Positions 19,855-28,787 of a stretch of DNA of 64,000 nucleotides are shown one piece after another. Position numbers and translations under genes: made by a program. The notes beneath the pieces were generated by a model. That model was not told the origin of the DNA, searched no databases, and saw nothing but the letters and a program-made list of their open reading frames with translations. The DNA comes from Candidatus Aminicenantes bacterium. GTDB lineage: Bacteria > Acidobacteriota > Aminicenantia > Aminicenantales > JAFGAV01. Positions within the stretch are counted from its first letter, which is position 1. Every line of letters starts with the position of its first letter. The DNA lies in NCBI GenBank assembly GCA_963705895.1, contig OY970122.1, positions 588,744-652,743 on the forward strand, in the 5' to 3' direction.

Positions 19855-21231
19855 ATGATGGCTCGGAACCCGGCCGGAAGGCGGGGCCGCGGAGCGTTCG
19901 GGAAGGAGATTTCACCCCTGAAAAGGTCTCTCGGGACATTCGACGCCGTCCTGATCGTCACGGGGGCCATCATCGGCGCGGGCATTTTCATGAACCCCGC
20001 GGAAAGCGCCCGACACCTCGCGACCCCGGCCCAGCTCCTGTTCGTGTGGGGCCTGGGGGGCTTCGTCGCCCTTCTGGGGGCGATCTGCTTCGCCGAATTG
20101 GGAGGTATGTTCTCCCAGTCGGGGGGCCAGTACGTGTACCTGGAGAAAGCCTTCTCCCCGTGGCTGGGGTTCCTTTTCGGCTGGACGCTCTTCAGCACCA
20201 TTCAGACCGGGGCCCTGGCCGCCGTGTCCTACACGTGCGCCCGGTTCATCGGGCATTTTTTCCCGATGTCCGGCCTCCGGACAAGCCTCCTCGCCGCCGG
20301 CCTTATCCTCCTCCTCTCTTTCGTCAATTATCTCGGCATCAAGCCGGGCAGTATCGTCCAGACGGTTTTTAATACCCTAAAGATCGTGGCCCTCATCGCT
20401 CTCATTGTCCTCGGGCTCGTCGGACATCGGGCTGCGGGGTTCAACCTGGGACAGGTCTTTCCGGGCGGCTTGTCGCTCAGGATGCTGAGCCTTATGGGAC
20501 TGGCCTTGATGCCGGCCCTTTTTTCCTACGGCGGCTGGCAGAACCTGAATTTCGTCAGCGGTGAGGTCAAGAATCCTTCGCGAAACATCCCCCTGGCCAT
20601 CCTGAGCGGTGTTCTTCTGGTCGTAGCCGTCTACATGCTGACCAACGTCGTCTACGTCAAGGCTCTCCCCATGGACAAGGTCGCCGCCTCGACGAAGCTC
20701 GCTTCGGACGCGGCGGCGGCCCTGGTCGGTCACTGGGGAGCCCGCTTCATCGCCCTGGCCATCATCGTCTCCACCCTCGGGTTCTTGAGCGTGGTCATCC
20801 TGACCGGTCCGCGTGTCTATGCAGCCATGGCTCAGGAGGGCGCCTTCCTGCCATTTGCCGGCAGGCTCCATCCCCGTTTCCAAACCCCGCATTACGCCAT
20901 CATCCTGCAGGCGGTCTGGGCCTGCGGCCTGCTGTTCACCAAGAGCTACGGCCAGCTCCTTGAGTTCGTGACTTTCGGGGATTGGATCTTCTTCGCCCTG
21001 ACGGCCTTAGCCCTCATCGTCCTGCGCCGCACGCAGCCCGAGATGCCGAGACCGTACCGAGCCTGGGGCTATCCGGGCGTGCCGGCCCTGTTTCTGCTCA
21101 TCTCGACCCTGGTCGTGATCAACGTTTTCCTGATGTCGTTCAGCAAATCTCTCATCGGCCTGCTCATCATTCTTGCGGGCTTGCCGCTTTATTTCATTGC
21201 TCGATCGGCGCGGAGGGAACATGGATTTTAG
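19855..21231 (+). CDS. amino acid permease, APC superfamily
   Basis: About 12 TM segments with APC motifs (LGTFDAVLIVTGAIIGAGIFMNPAE..., ...FSYGGWQNLNFVSGEVKNP...). Confidence 0.8.
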   Translation: MMARNPAGRRGRGAFGKEISPLKRSLGTFDAVLIVTGAIIGAGIFMNPAESARHLATPAQLLFVWGLGGFVALLGAICFAELGGMFSQSGGQYVYLEKAFSPWLGFLFGWTLFSTIQTGALAAVSYTCARFIGHFFPMSGLRTSLLAAGLILLLSFVNYLGIKPGSIVQTVFNTLKIVALIALIVLGLVGHRAAGFNLGQVFPGGLSLRMLSLMGLALMPALFSYGGWQNLNFVSGEVKNPSRNIPLAILSGVLLVVAVYMLTNVVYVKALPMDKVAASTKLASDAAAALVGHWGARFIALAIIVSTLGFLSVVILTGPRVYAAMAQEGAFLPFAGRLHPRFQTPHYAIILQAVWACGLLFTKSYGQLLEFVTFGDWIFFALTALALIVLRRTQPEMPRPYRAWGYPGVPALFLLISTLVVINVFLMSFSKSLIGLLIILAGLPLYFIARSARREHGF

Positions 21232-22315
21232 GACGGTCGCCTATCTCAACTGGGTCAAGATGACCCGGCGGGCCCGGATCAACTTCTGCCGGAGCGGCGT
21301 TCCGGACTGCCGGTTCGCGGAGCTCGGACTCGATCTCTCCTCCCTGGAGCTCGAAGGCGAACACCCCTACGACTTTCCGCCCCTGGCCCGGGCCATTGCC
21401 GGTCGATACGGAGTGAAGCCCGAGAACGTGGTCACGACCATGGGTACGTCCATGGCTCTGTTCATGGTCGGAGCGGCCCTTCTCGACCCGGGAGATGAGA
21501 TCTTGGTCGAGACGCCCGCTTACGAGCCCCTGGCCGAAGTGCCTCGCGCCCTGGGCGCCCGCCTGGTGAGGCTTCCGCGGCGGTTCGAAGCGGGTTACGA
21601 CATCGACCCCGAGGAATTTCGCGGACTGCTCTCGTCCAAGGTTAAGCTCGTGTTCTTGACCAACCTCCATAACCCGAGCGGCGCGCGTCTGGCTCCGTCG
21701 CGGATCGCGGAACTCGCCGGTCTGGCCCGGAAGAGCGGAGTGCCGGTCGTGGTCGATGAGGTCTATCTCGAATTCCTGGGAGAAGACCCCCGGGCCACAT
21801 CGTTCAACCTCGCCGATAACGTCATCGTCGTCTCCAGCCTGACCAAGGTCTTCGGCCTGGGCGGGCTCCGCTGCGGCTGGGTGCTGGCGCCCGAGCCTCT
21901 GGCCTCGAAGCTGCAGAGGATGAAAGATTATCTGTTCGTCGAAGATGTATTTCTCTCCGGGCAGATCTCCGCTCGGCTCTTTCCCGTTCTGGATCGGTTC
22001 CGGGACACGCACCGAAGCCTCATCGATCAAAACCGGACAACCCTCCGGGAATTCATCCGAGGAGAGACACGACTGAGCTGGGTGGAACCCTCGGGCGGGA
22101 TCGTCTGTTTTCCGCGCCTCGAAATGCCCGCGGAATCGCGCCGCTTTGTCGAGTTTCTCCAGGAGAAACACGAAACATCTGTCGTCCCTGGAGATTTTTT
22201 TGAAGCGCCGCGTCATTTCCGCCTTGGGTATTATCTTGACCCGGAGCTGCTGAGACAGGGATTGACGGGCATACGGCGCTGCCTTGATGATGTTCAGACT
22301 GTATCGCCGAAGTAG
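21221..22315 (+). CDS. PLP-dependent aminotransferase, class I/II
   Basis: GGAGGGA RBS then MDFRTVAYLNWVKM...; aminotransferase class I/II signatures (...VKLVFLTNLHNPSGARLAPSRIAELAGLARKSGVPVVVDEVYLEF...SLTKVFGLGGLRCGW...). Confidence 0.75.
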   Translation: MDFRTVAYLNWVKMTRRARINFCRSGVPDCRFAELGLDLSSLELEGEHPYDFPPLARAIAGRYGVKPENVVTTMGTSMALFMVGAALLDPGDEILVETPAYEPLAEVPRALGARLVRLPRRFEAGYDIDPEEFRGLLSSKVKLVFLTNLHNPSGARLAPSRIAELAGLARKSGVPVVVDEVYLEFLGEDPRATSFNLADNVIVVSSLTKVFGLGGLRCGWVLAPEPLASKLQRMKDYLFVEDVFLSGQISARLFPVLDRFRDTHRSLIDQNRTTLREFIRGETRLSWVEPSGGIVCFPRLEMPAESRRFVEFLQEKHETSVVPGDFFEAPRHFRLGYYLDPELLRQGLTGIRRCLDDVQTVSPK

Positions 22316-22658
22316 GGTGTCCGGCCTCCAGCGAGCCGAGGTTTGCCTATCCCAAGTGTGAGCGTGCCGGGCTTTTTGGTTTTTTTCAATTTGGAGGAAT
22401 CTTCTGGTCCAGGGAAAGAACCTTGGGCCCAGGGGCTGCCTTTGGGGGAGGGGAGGGGGGTGGCGAGCCCCTGGGCTAAGGTCAAAGAGACAATTGCAAG
22501 GAGTTGACTCGATGAGATTCCACCGGACTCACGGTCAAGCTCCTCTTTGAAAATCTCATATGCAAATGGCGTGCCAAAAATTCGATTGGCTATTAATTGA
22601 TTGATAATAAATGCTTTAGGAAAACAATACTCCGGTCGGGGTGGAAAGAACGCTATGT

Positions 22659-22767
22659 CCAAAATTTGAACGCAGTTCGTTTTTCTATGCCGTCGGGTTG
22701 ATATCTCTCGAGTTTTTCCTCATTTAGTGTTCAAAAAATGGACATTCAAATTTTGAACACAGCTCGG
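22659..22767. repeat. pair of about 20-bp direct repeats (CAAAATTTGAACGCAGTTCG / CAAATTTTGAACACAGCTCG, 17/20 identical) plus a 9-bp-arm palindrome TGTTCAAAA-N14-TTTTGAACA overlapping the second copy
   Basis: Seen directly in the convergent intergenic region between the aminotransferase (+) and the M14 gene (-). Confidence 0.4.
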
Positions 22768-22925
22768 AAAATATGAAAAGCAAAGCCCTCCTGCCTGAAC
22801 CTCATGTCGGCAGAAGGCTTCATGTGCCCCGTCATTGTTTTGGTCTCTACGGTCTTCCGCCCCGGGAGGCTGGGCGTCAGCGCAAACCGATTCTGATGTA
22901 AAGTTTTATTACAAAAGAGGAACGT

Positions 22926-25900
22926 CTATTTCTTTTTTCCCTCGATTGTCGTTCCCGGCCGGTTGCGGAAAAATTGGATGCGGACCCGGTCCGAGACTTC
23001 TTCCTCAAGCCGCAGGATATCGAAACTCGCCGCGGCGAGGTATTTTATATGGGCCGTCAGGTAGGTCAACCCCTGCTCGGTAAGAAAGTGGAGCCATCCG
23101 TTCTGCGCCGTCTCGTCCATGAGCTCCGGAGTCTCTTCGACATAAGTCGTGCGGGTCCGGCCGATGGGTTTCACCTCCTGGGAGGACGTTCGTTTCACAA
23201 AAAGGTTCAATCCCTCGTGGAGCTCGAGCGGGTCGAGATGAGGTTCCCAGCGCGTGGCCCAGCGGAAGTAGCGGTCATAGAACCGCTTGTTGGATTCCTG
23301 CATGTCGGCCTGGGACTGCATTTCGGCGATGATCGTTTTCTTTAGGGCCAGCGCCGCCTCCTGCCATTGCCGGTAGTAGGGGTTCGTGACGCCGCGGAAG
23401 TAGGCGAACCAGCCCTTGGGAATCCAGTACTCCCGGAAAAGATAGGGGGAGTAATTGGAAAAAGCCTGGACCCATTCGTGGGAGGGATAGCCATGGAGGT
23501 TGAGGTAGATGTCGGGCAGCCATTCGGCGTTGATGTCCCTGCGAACCTTGGCCTCGGGCAGGATGGGCTTGGCCGCGTCGGTCTGATAGCCGATCTCGAG
23601 GCCGAGGGAACTGTAGCGTCCGGCGTGCAGGCTGTGGGAGGGCGTGAGCTTCTGCAGGTCGAAGGCCAGGGAAGCGCCATCCGGGTTCTCCACGGGATGA
23701 AGGACGAAATTGATCTTGCGGGCATAGCCGGCATAGTCCGGATCGCGGACCAGACGTTCGGCGAGCTTCAAAATATAGCTCGTGGACGAGACCTCGTTGG
23801 CGTGCTGGCGTCCGCTGAGATACAGCGTCGGCTTGAAGGTGATGAGTCGCGGCACGGAGACGTAGCCGGCGAGCGGCGTCCGGATTTCAAGGACCGGGAT
23901 CGGCCGGCCTTCGTAGGATGTCCCGGCGGAATAGGCCAGGACCTTTCCCGAAGCCGCCAGCGAGCGGACCGAGTCCCAAACCATTTCGGGAGAGAGGATG
24001 CCCTCGGGAACAGCCGACCCGGATCCCGGGCCGCGGCTCGCGACAGCCGTATCGACCCGGGGAGGCTGAACGGGAAGCATCTCCTCTTTTTCCAGATCCT
24101 TGACCTTCAGCCGGACGGTCACCGCGGCCAGACCGGGAAAACACAGGGCTTGGCTTGTAAGCCCTTTGGCCGAGATCTCCCGGCAGGCTTGGATGACGTC
24201 GATGAGCTCCGTGTAGGCCTCCTCTTTATCAAGCTCGATCCCGACCGTCAGGTTTTCGAGACGGCCCCGGCGGCCGTCATAAACGAGAGCCGGGACGGAC
24301 AGGGCCTTGGCCTTAAAAGAGGGGAAAACGACGGTGCGGGACATCTCCTCATGGCCGGCTTCCTTCCACTTGAGCTCGAGCTGGGGCGCGGGCGCCCGGT
24401 CCTCCTCGAAAGTGACCTTGACCCGGGCCGGTTGACCTTCGCTCGAGGGGTGGATGATGGGCATGACGTTGCCTGGAGCCGAGAAGCGGGTCGTGTCCTC
24501 GGGCAGTGAATCCTCTTCGGTATCGATATCGGTGATGCCGCGCAGAAAATCCAGAGTGTCGAAATAGAGCTCATCGTGCATGGCCTCAAGACTGCTGATG
24601 CGCTCCTCGTCGAGACCCAACCGGATATCGGGCTCGCTGGCCCACAGCTCCACCGTGAGCTTCTTGAAGAAGGGCTGCTTGGAGAACGCAGGGGCGTGGC
24701 CGGTCTTTTTGAGAATGGAGGAATAGACGGGGGCCAAGACTTCATCCTGATAGAACTTCCAGAATTTCTCGAGGTCGCATTCGAGCGGCGCGTCATAGGC
24801 CGCTCCGCCGTCCGCCGTGATCTTGAGCCAGCCGGTCGCGACCTTGACCGTCCCCCATTCGGGAAGAGCCTTGAGGTAGGGCGTCTCTCGGAGGCGCGGG
24901 TCAAAATCCTCGTTGAGCATGACCGCTCCCGCAACGTCGTAGGCGGTGACCCTATAAACGGGCTGGGGTGCGTCCGCCGAGACGAACTCGATCCGCTCCA
25001 GAGGAATCCGAAGATCCCGGGCCAGAAGCTCGTCGATCGGGTAGAGCTCTTGGAGCCAGCGTGTCGGCTCGGAGTAGAACCGCTTCATCCGGCCGAAATC
25101 ATCCTTCTCCGCCGCCCAATGGATGACGATGCGGCCGGGATGTCCGGCCTTGAGCCTGGGGAGGATGTCCTCGAGGAGCCAGAAGAAGCCCTGCTTGTAG
25201 GCCGAATGCACGCGGACCTCGACGCTTTTCGCCCCGAGCTCGGCCGCGGCTTTCTCGAAACGGGCCTTGAGATCCTGCCTCATTCCCGGTGACTCACTCA
25301 GCCCGGCTTCGATCGTCACGGATTCCGGGACGCGGGGGAGCTTCTTGAGCGTGTCTTGAACGAGGGCCAGGGCATCGTCCGCCTCCCAGGAAAAGTCCTT
25401 GGTCTTTTCAAAAAGCGTTTTTCCGGATTGTATGGTCGCGGCCGTGAGCCCGACCTTTTGAGGTTTCAGGGAATTCTTGACGAGCGTCTCCGCCTCCTTG
25501 AGGAAAGCGGGATTTTCCCGAGGTAGGATGAAATCGGCCTGGAAGCTCTCGAGTTCCTTGCCCTTCAGCTCCTCGCCGATCTTTTTCAGCCGGCCGTAGA
25601 AGAACGCCTCGGCGGCTCCGCGTTCTCCGATGAGGAACTTCTCGATATCGGAGGAGACGTCGGAAAGCTGGGCGTTTCCTTTTCCATAGTCCGTCAAGTA
25701 AGGAAATGTTCGGCCGATATAGCGCAGGAGCGCATCGAGAGCGGGAGCGTCGGTTCCCGAGAGGACGAGGGCGCTCGACTTGTGAAAGGCCGCCGGGACG
25801 ATCGTCGCCGACGCCTGGCCCGGCTCCAGGACCGGGGCTTTGAACTTGCCGGTTCTTTGAAGGCTCCGGGTAAGGAGGTTGTCGCCGATGAGCAGGGGAG

Positions 25901-27059
25901 CGGCAAGGGACTTGGGATTGTCGATCTCCTTATCCAGGTAGACCAGGGGGAAGGAGCCCCCGGCCGAGGAAAGAGCGAGCCGTGTCGTCAGGTCGGAAAG
26001 CGACTTTTGAGCGACGTTCTGGGGAACGATGAGGCAAGTCTCGATGTTGTCCGGCAGGCCATCCTGATCACTGTCCGCCAGCGTGGCTTTGGTCGTGAAC
26101 AGCCCCAGGAGGTCGAACTCCTTGCCCTTTGCCTCGGGCCGGGCGGGAGTCTTGTAGCTCGGCGTCAGCAGCCGCTTGGGATAGCCCGTCCGGGGAACGG
26201 CGACCTCGGCACTCGCCGATTCGCCCCTCAGATGAAAGGTTATGAGGCCGCAGCCCGGATAGGACAATATTTCCGTTCGCCGGCCCTCGTTTCTGTCCTT
26301 GGCCAGGTCGCGCAAGGCTTGAACCGCCTTGTCCATGTTTCCCTTCGAGGCGAGGGCGAGGTCGACCTCAAGGTTCTTGATCTGGCCGTTGGCAAAGGAA
26401 AGCCTCTTGAGCGCCTCGTGGGGCGTTTCCTGGGAGGGAAATTCATAGAGAGCCCGGGTGAAGGTGATGCCGGACGCCGTCAATTCCGCCGGACCCAGGA
26501 AACGGACGAGTTCGCCTTCAAGGGCAGGATACGTGGCCCCGTCCTCGCGGCCCCAGATTTCCCAAAAATAGGGCCAGCGAAGGAAAAAGGCCCGGGCGGT
26601 CTTGAGCAGGGTTTCGTCGGAGCCGGCAATCAAGGCCAGCCCTTGCGCTCCCTGCAGGGCGATGGTCGCAACTACTCCCTGCTCGGAGGTCAAAGAGCTC
26701 AGGCCTTTCTCTTTAAGGAGCAATTTTTTAACCGCGGCCAATCTTGAGCCGACAAGGATGACGCTCCCGCCGGGTTTGCGGGCGAGATACTGTGATTCGG
26801 TCAGGACCAGGTCGAAGTCGGCCGCGAGGCTTTCGAGGTTGGCCCGGCCGGCGATATCCGCGGCCGCCGCAGCTTCCTGGGCGGTCGGCTGGTCGGGAAT
26901 GATGATATGAAAGGTGAAACTATCGGCCAGGCCGTCTCCGTCCGCGTCAACGATACCCTTCCCCAGTGCGAAAACGGCGGAGAGGCCGTCGATCTCCCCA
27001 GCGCTGAGGCCGGCCCCGACCGCGGCGAGAATAATGGAAACGATGAGTATTTTTTTCAT
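22926..27059 (-). CDS. large secreted multidomain protein with M14 zinc-carboxypeptidase domain and Asp-rich Ca-binding loops
   Basis: Start at MKKILIVSIILAAVGAGLSAG (signal peptide) with AAGGAGG RBS. M14 motifs near the C-terminus (...LSGRQHANEVSSTSY..., ...INFVLHPVENPDGAS..., ...YLNLHGYPSHEW...); DADGDGLADS and DSDQDGLPDN look like thrombospondin-type-3/dockerin-like Ca loops. The listed ORF continues upstream to 27584 with non-protein-like sequence. Confidence 0.7.
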   Translation of the reverse strand: MKKILIVSIILAAVGAGLSAGEIDGLSAVFALGKGIVDADGDGLADSFTFHIIIPDQPTAQEAAAAADIAGRANLESLAADFDLVLTESQYLARKPGGSVILVGSRLAAVKKLLLKEKGLSSLTSEQGVVATIALQGAQGLALIAGSDETLLKTARAFFLRWPYFWEIWGREDGATYPALEGELVRFLGPAELTASGITFTRALYEFPSQETPHEALKRLSFANGQIKNLEVDLALASKGNMDKAVQALRDLAKDRNEGRRTEILSYPGCGLITFHLRGESASAEVAVPRTGYPKRLLTPSYKTPARPEAKGKEFDLLGLFTTKATLADSDQDGLPDNIETCLIVPQNVAQKSLSDLTTRLALSSAGGSFPLVYLDKEIDNPKSLAAPLLIGDNLLTRSLQRTGKFKAPVLEPGQASATIVPAAFHKSSALVLSGTDAPALDALLRYIGRTFPYLTDYGKGNAQLSDVSSDIEKFLIGERGAAEAFFYGRLKKIGEELKGKELESFQADFILPRENPAFLKEAETLVKNSLKPQKVGLTAATIQSGKTLFEKTKDFSWEADDALALVQDTLKKLPRVPESVTIEAGLSESPGMRQDLKARFEKAAAELGAKSVEVRVHSAYKQGFFWLLEDILPRLKAGHPGRIVIHWAAEKDDFGRMKRFYSEPTRWLQELYPIDELLARDLRIPLERIEFVSADAPQPVYRVTAYDVAGAVMLNEDFDPRLRETPYLKALPEWGTVKVATGWLKITADGGAAYDAPLECDLEKFWKFYQDEVLAPVYSSILKKTGHAPAFSKQPFFKKLTVELWASEPDIRLGLDEERISSLEAMHDELYFDTLDFLRGITDIDTEEDSLPEDTTRFSAPGNVMPIIHPSSEGQPARVKVTFEEDRAPAPQLELKWKEAGHEEMSRTVVFPSFKAKALSVPALVYDGRRGRLENLTVGIELDKEEAYTELIDVIQACREISAKGLTSQALCFPGLAAVTVRLKVKDLEKEEMLPVQPPRVDTAVASRGPGSGSAVPEGILSPEMVWDSVRSLAASGKVLAYSAGTSYEGRPIPVLEIRTPLAGYVSVPRLITFKPTLYLSGRQHANEVSSTSYILKLAERLVRDPDYAGYARKINFVLHPVENPDGASLAFDLQKLTPSHSLHAGRYSSLGLEIGYQTDAAKPILPEAKVRRDINAEWLPDIYLNLHGYPSHEWVQAFSNYSPYLFREYWIPKGWFAYFRGVTNPYYRQWQEAALALKKTIIAEMQSQADMQESNKRFYDRYFRWATRWEPHLDPLELHEGLNLFVKRTSSQEVKPIGRTRTTYVEETPELMDETAQNGWLHFLTEQGLTYLTAHIKYLAAASFDILRLEEEVSDRVRIQFFRNRPGTTIEGKKK

Positions 27060-27158
27060 GCGGCCTCCTTGACACCCTATTTGAACCTTCATTTTGTGAA
27101 GAATCCGCAATCCCGTCAAGAGGACCCTCGAAAAGGCCGTGTTTTTCGTGTATATTCT

Positions 27159-28478
27159 ATGGCTAAATACAATCGCAGCATCGAGCCTAAAAACATGGCG
27201 AAAAAGATAACCGGCCGGCGACCAAGCGCCGTGAGGCGCGTGAGGTCGGTCATAAGTCGCTTGAGCTGGAAGCGGGCTTTCACCGCCATGGGGTACCCCA
27301 ACTATCGGCTGTATTTCCGGGGACAAATCGTTTCTCTTTTTGGGACCTGGATGCAGACAACGGCCCAGGGATTCCTGATCTACGAGTTGACCCATTCGGC
27401 CGCCTACCTCGGCCTGGTCGGGTTCGCCAGCGGACTTCCCACCTGGCTGTTCATGCTTTACGCCGGGGTCATCGCCGACCGTTTCCCCCGGCGCTGGCTC
27501 ATGATCATCACTCAAACGCTTATGGCTTTCCTGGCCTTTGTTCTTGCCTTCCTGACGTTCACCCACTTGGTCCAGCCCTGGCACATCGTGCTCCTGGCCT
27601 TCGCCCTGGGCGTGGCCAACGCCTTTGATGCGCCCGCGCGGCAGGCCATCGTCACGGACCTCGTCGAGGACAAGGCGGACATGCCAAACGCCATCGCCCT
27701 CAACGCGACCATGTTCAACGGCGCGTCAGTTGTCGGCCCGGCCGTGGCCGGCCTGATCTACGCTCTGCTCGGCCCGGGCTGGTGTTTTACAATCAACGGC
27801 CTGTCCTTTTTCGCCGTGATCGTGGCTCTTTGGGCTATGACCCCCGGCCCGCGCGCTATGTCGAAAGCCCGAAAATCGGCCTGGGCGGACATCCGGGAGG
27901 GGGTCAGGTACACCTTTTCCCACCGGGTGATCCTGACCATCATCGGCCTCATCGCCGTGACCAGCCTTTTTGGGCAGACTTTCGTCAACCTCATCCCAGC
28001 CTGGACAGTGAGGGTCCTTGGCGGGAACGCGGCGACCAACGGCCTGCTTTTTTCGGCCAGGGGAGTGGGCGCCTTGGCTTCAGCCCTCCTTATCGCCTCT
28101 TTGGGCCGTTTCAGGTTCAAGGGAAAGCTCCTGACCCTTGGAAGCTTCCTTTTTCCCTTGATGCTAATGGTTTTTTCCCTGACCCGCAGCCTTCCGATGT
28201 CCCTGATCCTGCTTGTGGGGGCAGGCGGCGCGGCCATCCTTGTTTTCAACATGGCCAACGCCCTGGTCCAGACCCTTGTCCAGGACACGCTGAGGGGAAG
28301 GGTCATGTCTATTTACAGTCTGACGTTTTTTGGATTCATGCCCATCGGCTCTCTCTGGATCGGGCTGATAGCCGAGAAGTTCGGAGTCCCCTGGGCTCTT
28401 GTCGTCAACTCGGCGATTCTTTTCATATTTGCTTGTATTATATGGATTTTTGTTCCTTCGATCAGAACCCAGGAATAG
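27159..28478 (+). CDS. MFS transporter
   Basis: Start at ATG (MAKYNRSIEPKN...) inside the 26907..28478 ORF, whose upstream part overlaps the divergent M14 gene. 12 TM, MFS motif ...GVIADRFPRRWLM.... Confidence 0.75.
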   Translation: MAKYNRSIEPKNMAKKITGRRPSAVRRVRSVISRLSWKRAFTAMGYPNYRLYFRGQIVSLFGTWMQTTAQGFLIYELTHSAAYLGLVGFASGLPTWLFMLYAGVIADRFPRRWLMIITQTLMAFLAFVLAFLTFTHLVQPWHIVLLAFALGVANAFDAPARQAIVTDLVEDKADMPNAIALNATMFNGASVVGPAVAGLIYALLGPGWCFTINGLSFFAVIVALWAMTPGPRAMSKARKSAWADIREGVRYTFSHRVILTIIGLIAVTSLFGQTFVNLIPAWTVRVLGGNAATNGLLFSARGVGALASALLIASLGRFRFKGKLLTLGSFLFPLMLMVFSLTRSLPMSLILLVGAGGAAILVFNMANALVQTLVQDTLRGRVMSIYSLTFFGFMPIGSLWIGLIAEKFGVPWALVVNSAILFIFACIIWIFVPSIRTQE

Positions 28479-28628
28479 CCTTGGGACCGGGACTTCACGC
28501 AAACAGCAGCCCTGGAAAAGCTAAATAAACCCCGCCAAGGACTTAGGAACGAACCCAAGTTGCCTCCGTGGGCTGCCTTTCGCGTCGGAAACTCAATTAT
28601 TTGCATCTTTTTCTTTTTCTTGACAAGG

Positions 28629-28657
28629 TTGACACTCTAACCCTGTTAGGCTACAAT
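28629..28657 (+). promoter_or_regulatory. consensus sigma70 promoter P1 (TTGACA - 17 nt - TACAAT) in AT-rich patch upstream of the SpoIID-like gene
   Basis: TTGACA 28629-28634, TACAAT 28652-28657, exact consensus hexamers with 17-nt spacer. Confidence 0.35.
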
Positions 28658-28734
28658 TATTACCTCAGCAAGCGGGATTAATACAAAATATGGTGTATGG
28701 ATCATAAAAAGGTAGCATATCTAGATAATTTTGC

Positions 28735-28764
28735 TTGACAAAGGAAATCTATTTCCATTACAAT
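28735..28764 (+). promoter_or_regulatory. near-consensus sigma70 promoter P2 (TTGACA - 18 nt - TACAAT) with GGAAAT/ATTTCC palindrome in the spacer; 24 nt upstream of the SpoIID-like ATG
   Basis: TTGACA 28735-28740, TACAAT 28759-28764; spacer contains inverted repeat GGAAATCTATTTCC. Confidence 0.35.
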
Positions 28765-28787
28765 TTGACCGGTCCTGATCAGCAACC

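Noticed and set aside
22338-22359. Shared 11-mer GTGAGCGTGCC at 22.34 kb and 40.24 kb
   Set aside because: Exact 11-mer pairs are expected by chance hundreds of times in 64 kb. No extended similarity.
26907-27158. N-terminal extension of the MFS transporter ORF
   Set aside because: The extension overlaps the divergent M14 gene start and lacks membrane-protein character. The ATG at 27159 precedes the first TM region.
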